A stretch of DNA of 64,000 nucleotides from Adineta vaga. Lineage: Eukaryota > Animalia > Rotifera. Shown here piece after piece: positions 52,131 through 64,000 of the stretch. The position numbers and the translations under genes are program-made. The stretch's first letter is position 1; every line of letters starts with the position of its first letter. The notes under the pieces were generated by a model, which saw nothing but the letters and a program-made list of their open reading frames with translations, was not told the origin of the DNA and searched no databases. Location of the stretch: contig CP075497.1 of assembly GCA_021613535.1 (NCBI GenBank), positions 11,284,001 through 11,348,000 of the forward strand, written 5' to 3'.

Positions 52131-55100
52131 CTATTGATTTTCTTCATTTAGATTTGTTGTTGATGTTGATGGCCGTCGACTATCATTCTGAACAATCATA
52201 GTTGGTGTTTCTGGTCGTGAACGTAATCGAACTCGTCGTCTATAACGTTTAGCACCACCACCCATCGTGCCCAACCAACGAGGTGTTACATGTGAAGCTT
52301 TTCTTCTTCGAGGTTTTGTATTACTGGATATTGAAGTATGAGAGCCGTCTGTAGTTGTCGTTTCTTAAAATAAATAAAAAGTAATTGCTGACTAAAAAAA
52401 ATAATTGTAGTTACCATTTTCATCATCATCATTATCATCATCGTCATCATCATCATCTTCGCCTTTGGTTGGATCACGTACACGTGTAATTAATTCTGCA
52501 AGATCAATAAATTGCGTTGCAGTTGATTCTTGTTTACGCTAAATGAAACATTTAAATATAAAAAATTCTATGAATAAGCTTTTTTTGTTACAAGTCGTGT
52601 TTGTTTTTCTCTTGTTGATTGAAGTTTTTGTTTGAGAAAAACAACATCATATGATTCCAATTTCGACCACCCATGAAAAACAGCTTTACCATGATGATAT
52701 CCAACATCCTACAAGAATAATTCAGTGTCATATTCGTTCATAATCTCAATTGAATCAAAACAAACTCGAATCTCATCAAATGCATTAAACTGTAATGTTC
52801 GATATCGATCAATTGGTGGACGTAAATATTCACAAAAATTAGAATTCTTTACTATTTCTAATTGTCTTTGACATGAAACATAGGCTAAACGTGTTTGAAT
52901 TTCACTCAATTCAGGAACTTTTACTGGTGTTGACCAAATATTCCAACGTTTATATAAAAGCCACCAACCTAAAACATCGATATTTCTTTGTCAAAATTGA
53001 CTCTTTTTGTTCTTCTCTTCCTACCAGACAATTGATCACCAAAATTATAGAAATTCTGTTCATCTTGCGCACCAACATCAACAGCAATGACTGTATGAGC
53101 ACCGAGTTTATACATAACATCAGCTAGAAGAAAGAAATCATATATTTCAATATGGCACAGTACATAGATTCCTGGACAGTTTTATTTTCTTTTCCAAAAA
53201 AGTAAATTTCACTGTATTCTTAATTTCTATCGAGCAATTACTGTGGAATAGATTACACTCAGTTACATGAATAACATCGATCAAAACGAGCATATCTTAC
53301 CGGGTAAATTATTTACATATCCACCATCAAGTAATAAATGTCCATCATTTGGATCACATAATCTAACAGATCGAAAAAATGTATTTGTACTTAATCGATA
53401 ATCGATGAAAATAAAAATGAAATTAACTTACGGAGGAAAATAACCTGAAAGACTCATGGATGCTCTCACGTATCGCCACAATGATCCTAGATTTATATAA
53501 TTAAGAAAATCTCATTAATAAAGACACAAACAACATTCAAAGAAAAAGATCACTCGAGAAAAAAGACGTATATTGTGTGCGCGAAAACTGTCCAGGAATC
53601 TGTCAAATAAAATCAATTTAAATGATTGAATTCATCATTTTGTTTTGTTTATTCGGAAACCTTACCAGGTAGATTGTTCATATAACATCCATCTGAATAA
53701 AAACAAAAAATAAATGTATCAAATTTCTTCTCATATTCTTTACGAAGTTGAAATTTCATTCGAGAATGTCTCACCTAAAAGAAGATGTCCATCGTATGGA
53801 TCACACATAGGTGGAAGATAACAACCATAAGTCATTGATGCACGTACATAACGCCAAGCACTTCCTGTAGAGAAAATATCGGCATTCTCGTATTCTTGCA
53901 ACAATATACGTCTTTTTTCGTCGGTTTCTTTGTTTTTGTTTTGAAGAGAGAAGGAAAAGAAGAATAAAGTTTACCTGTCGTATGTACACGCATCTTTGAT
54001 GCAGATATATCTGTTGTTATACAAAAATATGGAATCCATAGATCTTCGATTTGAACATCGAGAAGTGCTTCTTCAATTGTTTCATTAAATCCAGCTCCTA
54101 TATAAAAATCCCAACAATTTGACTCTTTTCTTTCAACATAGAAAACATCATCAAATTCTTTCCTTACCAGTAAACATACTAGTAATTGGATATGTTAAAT
54201 CAACTAATTTCCTCCAGAAAGATTGCATTTTCTATAAGTAACAAAATTAATTCATAGAAAATGAACATATAAGAATAATTACTTTGCACCATTCTCGTGC
54301 TCGTTCAATATAACCTTTAATATTTAATTCATCTGCCCATAGAGCACCCATAAATGCTCCAATACTTGTTCCTCCAATCAGATCAATCGGTATACCAGCT
54401 TCATTCATCGCTTGAATTATTCCAACATGAGCACAACCACGAGCTCCACCTCCACCCAAAACAAGGCCAATTGCTGTTCCAGTTAGAAAACGTGCCATAC
54501 GAGCAAAATCAGTTGTTGGATCAGGATCTGGATCAAGTAAATCGGTATAATCATTCTAAATAGTAAGATAAATCTTTCCTGTCAAAGGAAGAAAACGAAA
54601 ACATTCAACATACCCAACATTCTAAATTTACACGTTGAAAAACACGATCGGGACATCGAACATGATGATGAAATGTACACCAATTACGTTCTTTTAACCA
54701 TTGAGCAGTACCCTTTGGTTTTAAACTACCCATACGATGCAAAAGAATCAATTCTTTCTGTGCTCGAACTGCTATTCGTTCAATTTCATTTTCAACCTAT
54801 GTATAAAAAAAGAAATGTTATTTTTTCTTCTTCAAATAGAATATAATTCGTATGTAAAAACTCACAGATCCTTTCACTGGTTCTTTCCATCCAATGCCAA
54901 CAATAAGAATACAATCTGCTTGTCGAAGCGATCGTTTTGTCCACGGTGTTAATTGTTTATCACATTGATACACAACAATTTTATGTAATTCTTCTTGTTG
55001 ACCAAGCCATGCACTTAGACGATAATCATTAATACTTTCAAATGCACTATCACCAAAGCGATCCATAATTAATTGTTGAGTTAAATGAAGTGTTGGACCT

Positions 55101-58100
55101 AGAATAAATGCTTCAATAGAAAAACAAAATCGAAGTGATCCATTGACTTTCTACCGATCGCTAATAAACTATGAACGAGTTCGCAAGTGAATGCATCAAG
55201 TGGAACATCGGATGATGCAGCAACAATAGCGACAGTCGATAAATTTTTATTTAATGCAGCTGCTTGCTCTTGAAATTCATCTGAAAATAAATTCAAATAG
55301 AGACATCTTCATTTATATACAAATAGAATTACCATCGGCTAATGGCATTGTTAAACTGACACTATTAGTCAATGTATTTTGCATTGTTCCATAGATTTTT
55401 TGTGATAGAACATGAATTAAATGAGAAACAACACGTGGATGACGCCATTTAATATAATTTAAAAGACCCGACGGAATAACAGCTAATTCCGTATCACTAC
55501 AAATCAAACCAATATATTTTTTTGTTCAATTATATTACATTGAAACCTACCGAACTGCGATTGTTGTCGATTGTCGAGGCATTTCCATAAGCACTTCAAT
55601 AAGACCAACCATTTCACCACGACCATGTTCGCCAATCAATTCACGTCGTTTTTTATCGTGTGTTAATAATACACTTCGAACACGACCATTTAGAACAATA
55701 TAAACATTTTGTGGTTTATAATCTTGTCTAAAAGATAAAAGAAAACAATGATAAAGATTTTCATATCAAATACATAATTTGTCATCTACCGATATAACGC
55801 TTTTCCAGCTTCGACTAACATCCATTCCAGAGCAAAATCAATTTGCCGTACTAATGGTGACATTCGTTGAACCATTGCTGAAATAAACAGAAAAAAAACG
55901 TGCATAAAATATTTTGGAATCAGAAGAAATGAACTGACTAGCTGCTATTGATAGAACTAGATTTGGTTGAATACGCATTAAATCATAAATGCTTTCTTTT
56001 GTCAGTGTACAAATATCTGTCAAACCATGCGTTCGATATGAAAATAATGTTGGTTCTAAAACAATGTCATAATATTCTTGATAAAGAAAAGTCTCTAATT
56101 AACAATACGAACCACCCGTGAGAACGCTAACGAGACCACTAATTTCATGTTCACGATTAATAAACATAACCCCTTAAATAATAGGGAAGACAATGAAGAT
56201 GTTTAGTCATGTTTCTTAAATAATTTTCTTACGTTCTTTTTTTGCTCCACTTATTTCTTTCATATAAGCTGATATTGCACCATGAATAACAAAAAATAAT
56301 TTATTCAATTGTTCGCCTTCTCGAGCTAAAGTATATCGATCAGGTAAACGATGTAAATGAATCTTATCATCAAGTAACGTGTTATCTCCTTCGAATCCTA
56401 TTCAAAGAAAAATAAATAGATATGTTTTAGATGACGATTGATCAAAACAAACCAAGAGCTTTTGCTAAAGCTTGCCGGATTTGTGGCCATTCATCTTGAA
56501 GATTCGAATCATCGGCACGTTCGTTATATTCACTGCCAGCACTATCACTACCAGATCCTGCTGATCGAGAATATTGATGTGCATAATCAGGCTAAATAAG
56601 AAATCCCGTGAAAATGAAATGAATAATGATAAGAAGTTTTACATCTGAAAAACTTGCTCGGCGACGTCCAGTTGAGGAATTTGATGTTCGATTATTTGAT
56701 ACATTTGGATAACTGATTTTATGCTTTTCAAAAAATGTTGTATCTAAAGAATTCTTCACTCGAGCACGTGCTGCTGCTTCTTCGAAATCTGGTTTCATGT
56801 GACTTTTGTCAATAACACTCATCGATCGTTGAGCAGCAAAACCTAATGCACGTTTCTGCATTGGTATAGAAACTGATACAGTTCGTTCCGTCGTTGGTGG
56901 CATAGCTAAACTTTCGAATTCATTTTTCTGGTCACTAATTTCTGGTGTTACTGTTTGTGTATGATCTGATGATGGTGAAGTATATGATGCTGTGGAAATC
57001 GATCGTGAGAATGGAGCATTGTCATTATCTTGTAGATCATCCGTAGAGAGAGGAGGAAGAGGAGAAGGATCAACAGTAGTCATTGTGTCGATTGGAGTTT
57101 CAGTCGTATGACTAACAGATTTTGGTTGAATAAGACTTTGTTGACGTTTTATTTTCTGCTGATGGGGATCCTTATTAGTTTTCTGTGGTATTTGACCATA
57201 AGAAGGATCATCAACAGAACGTGTTAATTCAGTTGTTAAACCAAGATAATTATGAAGTGCAAGAAAAGTTACACGTTGAAGACGGATCATCAGAATCTAA
57301 ATAGATAACATTTTTTACAATTATGTTGAAATCTTTGAAGAGTTATAAATATATTCTCTTCGTACTAAATCTATTTTGATCAAAGAGAACTTACTTGAAT
57401 AATTCGAACCATACATTCGGGATATTCTTTGAAAACATTTAAGAAAGCGACTGCTGGTAATTTGAGCACAATACTATCTTCAATTGCTTTGCAGCTAACA
57501 CTTTTAAATGGTTTACTATGACCCTAGAATATCAATCATAAGTAAAATTCTTCTTCCGAATTTAGACTTACTGTCATCACATCCACCATACTAAGCAGAG
57601 AAAATACTGTATCACCTTCGACACATTCCTTAATTAAATGCCGATGATGTCTCTAGAAAAATATAAAGAATTTTTTTGTTTTTCTCTTTCTCACTAATCA
57701 ATAATTCATTTTTTTGTTATTACTTCATCGGTAATAAAGACATGTAAAAGTCCTTTTTGTACAATATATAAACTGTCATCAGCATCACCGATACGAAAAA
57801 GATATCCACCAGCAAGAAGTGTTTTACTTTCTAAATATTTGCACAATTCAAGAAAAATCGGTCGTTCAAAATGACCAAAAACTCTACAAAGAATAGAAAA
57901 CAAATGATTCGATGAATTAAGATAAAGCTCTATCAACAAACTTGACACTTTTCAATAAATAAAGTATTTCTGGTGGAATCTGATGTTGATTCGATCGATC
58001 ACCTATATCACCATCTGTATCTAATAAAAACTCGGGAGGTTTACGTGGTAATGCATAGCTTTGTTCTGATGGAGATTTTTGTTGATGAAATCTAAAAGCG

Positions 58101-58609
58101 ACACAAAATTTCAATGAATTTTCTTTCGCTATTATTTCATGTACCTTCGTGTTCTTCGTCGAATTCGATTGCGAGCTGTAGATGAATAGGATCGCATCTT
58201 TTATATTGAAAAACGAGAAAATTAATTATAACGAAGAATTTAATGTTTCTTACTGTACGAAGAAATCGTTTTCCATAATAAAGTACTTTATCACGTTTAC
58301 GAAATCGATTCGCATTTTCCGTAGCTAAAATCAATCGAATTCTCTCAAGAAATTTACATAATATTGATCTTTACTTCGAGCTTTTGCTTGAGATTTCCGA
58401 ATAAGATAATAGAGAAGAACAACAACAATAAATAAACAAAAACCGACAATCGTCGTTTCAATACGATCGCCGAATATCTAATCGAAAAATTGATTATAAA
58501 TGAAACATGATTTGAACAATAGACAATAACTCACCAAGCGTCCATTTGGAGACGATAAATGTTGATAAATAATATTCAAATTTTCAGAAACAAATTGAGT
58601 AATATTCAT
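52131..58609 (-). CDS. sws: Neuropathy target esterase / swiss cheese (PNPLA6/7 family)
   Basis: N-terminal [14 protein letters not shown], cNMP-binding-like domains ([14 protein letters not shown]; [18 protein letters not shown]), patatin GGGGARG, GTSIG and DGG motifs, [20 protein letters not shown]. Confidence 0.96.
53166..53919 (-). promoter_or_regulatory. Two interleaved intronic inverted-repeat pairs flanking duplicated exon cassettes (putative splicing-control RNA pairings)
   Basis: 53901-53919 (acaatatacgtcttttttc) is the exact reverse complement of 53558-53576 (19 bp). 53584-53601 (aaaactgtccaggaatct) is the exact reverse complement of 53166-53183 (18 bp). Confidence 0.85.
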
Positions 58610-59044
58610 TTTTATTCACATCTATAAAGCAGATTGATAGATCATTGTCGGTTTTTTTTAAATAAATAAAATACACATGTAATTCACAGTCAATATGATC
58701 TTTCTTCTCTTATTCAATTTAGATATTTTCTGTATAAAATACTTCGGAAAAACAAAATTCAATTATTTGTCATAAGAAAAGAAAATCGAACAAAACACGT
58801 TGGACTTTCTTTTTGTTTTTTTGTTGTTTAGTTGCAACTCATTAAAGCATTGTTAAATGCAAGCACACAGAAAAACTGAAGTCATGTAGAAAGAATTAAG
58901 GATCAAAAGCAAAACAAACATGTCAAAAGATTCGCCATTAGGAAGATCTGAGATATAGAGAGAAAAAAATAATAATAATTGAAATTCTCGTTTAAAATTC
59001 AACAAATAAATGATAGAAAAAGAAAAAGTGTCATTTGATGAAAA

Positions 59045-61013
59045 TTATTTTCGTTCATAGAATAACACATAAGCATTCGAGGAGACGATTTTCGTTTCGT
59101 TACTAATTGGATGAACAGATGAATCATTAAATTCATGCCATTCATGAGTAAATGGATGTTTACATTCAGCGACATAATGACCAGTATAAAGTGAACCACT
59201 ATGATTTGAGATACCGAACAGATTGTATGTTGGTGATGGGTCTAAACGATTGGGAAAGTCATATACGGACAAAAATAAGGACGAAGAATAACAAACTTTC
59301 AGAACTTTCTGACATGAAATCCGTAAGTTCGAGATTTTGAATTGGAAAATCGACAAAATTATTGAGTTTTCCCCTTCCGAAAGATTGTGTAAAACGTTTG
59401 AGATGAAGGACAAGAATTTCCGGACATTTTTGAATTGAAAGTTGCTTTGTACATGGACGTTTTTGTTTACATTTAGCACACATCTAAAATAGTAGAACAT
59501 CTATGAAATAAAATCCAAATTTTCCTTTGCTTACAGGTTTTTCATCACCATCAAGTTCTTCTCTACTCATAAATAATTGAAAACACTCTTGTAAAGTTGT
59601 TGATGATTTATTCTAGAAAATAAACTTGTTCAAAAGATTTCAAATTCTATTGATACTTTACACGTGGTAAAGGTATTGATAAATCCCAAAACATGTCAAA
59701 TGTTATCGATTGATATTGACAATAGGAACATTCCAAAGTACTTTTTAATTGTCCAGCAAAAATATCTTGATAAAACGAAACAAATTAATTGATATAGAAA
59801 TAAAATAAATTCGAATTAAACATACCAACAAGTTGACTATTCTCGTATCGTAAACATCGTTGCCAACTTGCTTTAGCTCGATCGATTTCTCTAGAAATAA
59901 AACACTTTCATCTAATTTAAACATCGAAATAAATAACGATCTTTTACTTCATTCGTTCTTCTTGTTTTTCATCAACTTTAATCAGTACTGGTTTTTCTCG
60001 TATTCGATTAACATCTTCACTTAAACCTTGCAAGAGATAACGTAAGAATTCTTGTGAATCTTGTTCTCTAGAAATACAAGAAAAACACACTGAATGGATC
60101 AAATTCAATCAAACTTTGTACATACGAATAACCAGTAAAACGTGGAGCAAATTTTCCAATCGTATTTTTGAATGATGATGGACTAACAATCGATCGATTT
60201 TCTGACGGTAACCACATCTTACGAATTAAACTAGCATATTCTAAAGCATATGAAATGACATATAAATTTAAAAAATAAAGAGAATGTTTGACACAAACCT
60301 TTCATTAACACTCCTTTCATAACACTCGTTGTTGATGTATTCAATTGATTTTCAAGCTTATCATCCAAACAATATAATAAAAGAGGTTTTGTATTAGATA
60401 AACATTGAAGCACCGAATTCATAAAACACTAGAAAATAAATTATACAACATATATATATATATCCATGTGAAAGAGAAATATTTTACTGTATTTCCAAGA
60501 TTCTGTAATCCACATAAACCACCATTTTTTAAATCTAGTTCATTAGTTGTTGCTATCACTGATGATTTTGAAGTTGTAGATTGATTATTTGAATAACTTG
60601 TTTTTTGATTTGGAGTTGATGCTATACTATAAACAGTCACTGTAGGATTTATTGTCAATTGTTCTTTATAATCATGAGTAGTTCCATTTGTTTGAACATT
60701 CTAAAGAGATAATAGTTTCAATTGAATAATCATATACAAAACATACTGATCGATCTTGACTTGATAATCGTGTTCGTTGGAGAGTTGTTTGAATCGGTCG
60801 TTCAGTTGAAGGTTGAGTGAATCGACTTGGTTGTCTTGTTCGAGTATTACTTCCATTGGAGATATTCATACTACCTGAATTGATAGATTTTGCAATTGCT
60901 GCAACATTTGTTGTTGTTAGGGGTGGCATTGGACGTGATGTTGTATTGTAACTATTCGAATGAGTTGATGACGAAGGTATTGGTATACCATAGTTAGTTT
61001 TTGGTCGACTCAT
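59045..61013 (-). CDS. Ubiquitin-specific protease, USP2/USP21-like
   Basis: Cys box GLQNLGNT|CFMNSVLQCL, QDSQEFLRYLL, LVLHLKRF, His box NHSGSLYTGHY, WHEFNDS, AYVLFYE; Ser/Thr-rich N-terminus. Confidence 0.93.
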
Positions 61014-61779
61014 TCAATGATCGAAATAGGCGGCACTGATGGCCACCTGATGATCTAATTCATTGTAATATAAAGCAATTCTTGTTGTTTTTTATTTGAT
61101 GAAACATAATTCTCTCCTTCTCCATATAAACGACGTAAGAATATGATTGGTTACATTGATGAAACGACGAACGAACGGAAAAAATAATTTCAATGGTTAG
61201 TTTATCTTGATCAATAAGTATGATTGAATAAGAGATGTCGTCAATTTCTTCATCTAGCAATGAGTTGATTGAAAAAGAAGGAAGTTATGCACGTTTATTT
61301 TTATTGATATCAATAATTTAGTTGATTCAGTTTAGTCATGAAATATAAATATATTTTTCAACTGTCGATTTGAAGAAGAAATTAGTGAGGAAAATATCTT
61401 GTAAGTTATCTTCTTGATCCAGAAAGGTTATTCAAAAGTAATATGTCGATTGTATATATATACATTGAAACTATGCTTTGTCTAATCATACTGATAATAA
61501 GAAACTCTTCAACTAGAAAATACCTGTTTCGTATTCAGTTGATTCCACTCTTTCTCTCGTCCTGACATACAACCAAATTATGGTTAACTTCATTGTAATC
61601 TAAAACAATTCTATGATCGTTTTGGTTTTTTTTCTTTGATGACAAAAGTTAATCTTTATTTTTATTCTTGTTGATCATCGGATAGTTGTTTTTTTTACTC
61701 TTCCACACTTCGTCAAAAACAATGCAATACAAAAAAAACAATTTAGATGTTAGACTATATTTTCATTGTATTGATTGCT

Positions 61780-62377
61780 TTAAAAATATGTGTGAGGACG
61801 ACGAGTTGTAAAACGTGGATGATGTAAACGTTTTGTTGCTTTGTTAACCATTGGAAATCTAAGACACGAGAGAGAAAAAAGACAATGTAAATATAAAAGA
61901 AAAGCAAAAATTTGATTTGACATACTTAATTTTCGAATCATGAAATTGTGTTACATGTGGTCGTCGACAATCTTTAGCAGCTAAACGTTTAATTTTCATG
62001 ATTTGAATTGTTGATGGTCTAGCACGATGTTTGGCACCCATATCTCGGTAACATTGTGTTACAGCTAATGCACGTGTTAAATCCCGATATTCACGGTACA
62101 TATTATGTGTACCTGAACGGGAATCATAACGGAGCCAAACACCGAAATTTTTCACAGTTAAAGGTTTACGTTCATTGACTAATTTACATTCAACGATTTC
62201 ACCAGCACTTTTCTTGACACGTTTAAGTTGACGTAAGAAAAACCAGAAACGTGATTTAGCTTGAACTTCATCCGGTGCATAGATATGCATTTCATAGAGT
62301 GGTGGTGTTTTCAATGCAGCGGATGGAAGTTTGCGGCCGATTATACGATATTCACGAAGGTTACCTTTTGCTTTCAT
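61780..62377 (-). CDS. RPL18A: 60S ribosomal protein L18a (eL20)
   Basis: [43 protein letters not shown]. One intron after HDSKI; the last exon ends [10 protein letters not shown]. Confidence 0.98.
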
Positions 62378-64000
62378 GATGATTGTTTTTTCTGTGGTTT
62401 TATTCTAGAGACGAAAACAATATCTAAAAGAAGTAAACGAAAACAATTAGATCGTTGAACATAGATGGTAAAATTAATAAGCAAATGTAATGTAAAAAAT
62501 AGCAAAGCAAAAAGAAAATAAATAAGAAAATGCTTTTATGGTAAATGATGGAAAAAGATATGATTGGATTTTGTTTTACGACGTTTTGTGACGATGAATG
62601 GAGGAGTCAATAATGGGTTATATGTGATACTCAAGATGGCATTAGATGACGATCATTTTCATTTATTGAAATAAAACGCGAGTGTTAATTGAATAGTACG
62701 CATGTTTGTAAGTCATTTATCACAATTCTATTTACTGGTTTGTCAACATTGGTTTGGCTTTTTTGTGTGCTGTTCCCTCTACATAATCGGTTTAGTATGA
62801 GAGTATACATATTGATGTATTATATTTACGAAAAAAAAAATAACCGAGACGAGGACTGAACACAATCATCTTTTTTTATCGTTGTCGTCGTTCCATTGAC
62901 AAAAGTGCTCGACGTTCAAAAGGAAGAACGATAGAGAGAGATGGAGACAAGTAGCTAAGGGAAGGAATAAATTACTGTTGGGCGTGGTGTTTCTTCACGT
63001 TCTTTCTCTCATTTTTTTTCTATTAGTTTAGAGTGTGCACACATTTTATATTTTCTTCTAGGATTGCTATTGTCAACTTCTTTAGCTTTTCTTTTTCTTC
63101 ACTCGAGTTATATTGTTCTACAAAATGTATTTGTTTGTTGCATGCCAGTTATATTAATGTTCAATGAATACCAATCAGAAAACATACGATTATAATCAAC
63201 ATGTTGATTACGTTTGATTATACTAATGGCAGAAAGAACAAGATCGATGCCAATGATTTACAAGTAAGTTTCAATATGCTAAAGAAAAAGAAAAAGAAAA
63301 TAAATAGACATTGCTCCTCTTTTCCTCCGGTTTTTTTTCTTCTTTCTTCTATTTTTTCCGTGAAAATCCTTTTCAATACTCTTCGTCTTTGTCGCCTATT
63401 GAGTTCATACTTTCTCTAAGGTTTCTTCTTGTATTTCGGATATGTTGTTTCTATCCCTCTCTCTCTCTCTTCCTCCTTTCCTTCCTTGCGTTTTGTATCG
63501 ATGAATAGATGAACAACAATTACACATATGGATTTCCAAGGCAAGAAGCGTAATCTAATGGTGTGTCTATCTTTGTAAAAGTAAGAGCGAAAGAAAGACT
63601 CGGATAGTCTAAAGCATAAGTAAATTGATAATAAAAGCTGCAAGAACAGACAGACAACAAGAACGCGAAGAGCATCACGAACAGAATCATAAATAAACGT
63701 TGAACTGAAAAAAAATGCAGAAAGCAAGATAACAAGAAAGCGAGCGAGCGAGCGAGAGAGAGAGAGTGAGAAAGATAGAAAAAAAAACTAAACGAAGTTG
63801 CTCCGTTAAATGAACGTCATTTTGTCGTATTCGCTTCATCCATCTTCAGATTTTAATATCGATTCCCGTGTTATTTACATTAGACAAGAGTCAAAAAATA
63901 TTATTGTTTAGTGAAGAGTGAAATAATAAATCGAGAAAGAGAGACAAAGACAAGATTCGGAAATGAATTATGGCACCATACGAAAAATAACTAGCGAACC

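Noticed and set aside
62378-62420. Acceptor-like AG just upstream of the RPL18A ATG (possible spliced-leader site)
   Set aside because: Cannot be distinguished from an ordinary 5' UTR intron without transcripts.
63201-63270. Possible first exon (ATG ... caa|gtaagt) of a plus-strand gene
   Set aside because: Frame ambiguous and no downstream exon identified within the window.
1-64000. CRISPR arrays, rRNA, tRNA, prokaryotic operons, intact transposases
   Set aside because: None seen; the window is intron-rich eukaryotic DNA.

Overview
AT-rich (about 30% GC, by eye), gene-dense eukaryotic DNA with many short (about 45-70 nt) GT-AG introns and an animal gene set. The style suggests a bdelloid rotifer; this is inference, and no database was searched. 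Genes in order: paramyosin (5' part); a MyRIP/melanophilin-type Rab effector with Ig domains; a MECOM/PRDM16/EGL-43-type zinc-finger factor; a coiled-coil protein; an innexin; an orphan gene; an intronless cytochrome P450; a gene-poor stretch with a 349-bp foldback element; an FMRFamide-receptor-like GPCR; a RING-H2 ligase; NMNAT; a secreted knottin precursor absent from the ORF track; CHMP5; an orphan GPCR; an EB-module membrane protein; two tandem PDGF/VEGF ligands; NTE/swiss cheese (PNPLA6/7); a USP2-like deubiquitinase; and RPL18A. The strongest finding is in the NTE gene. It has two alternative, equal-length (117 nt) two-exon cassettes for the catalytic-Asp segment (DGG versus DGC). Two perfect, interleaved 18-19 bp intronic inverted repeats flank them, and each would loop out one cassette, which looks like a bistable RNA-pairing splicing switch. 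Also notable: a U2-like AT-AC intron in the zinc-finger gene, and the knottin gene, whose intron contains an antisense alternative NMNAT exon.
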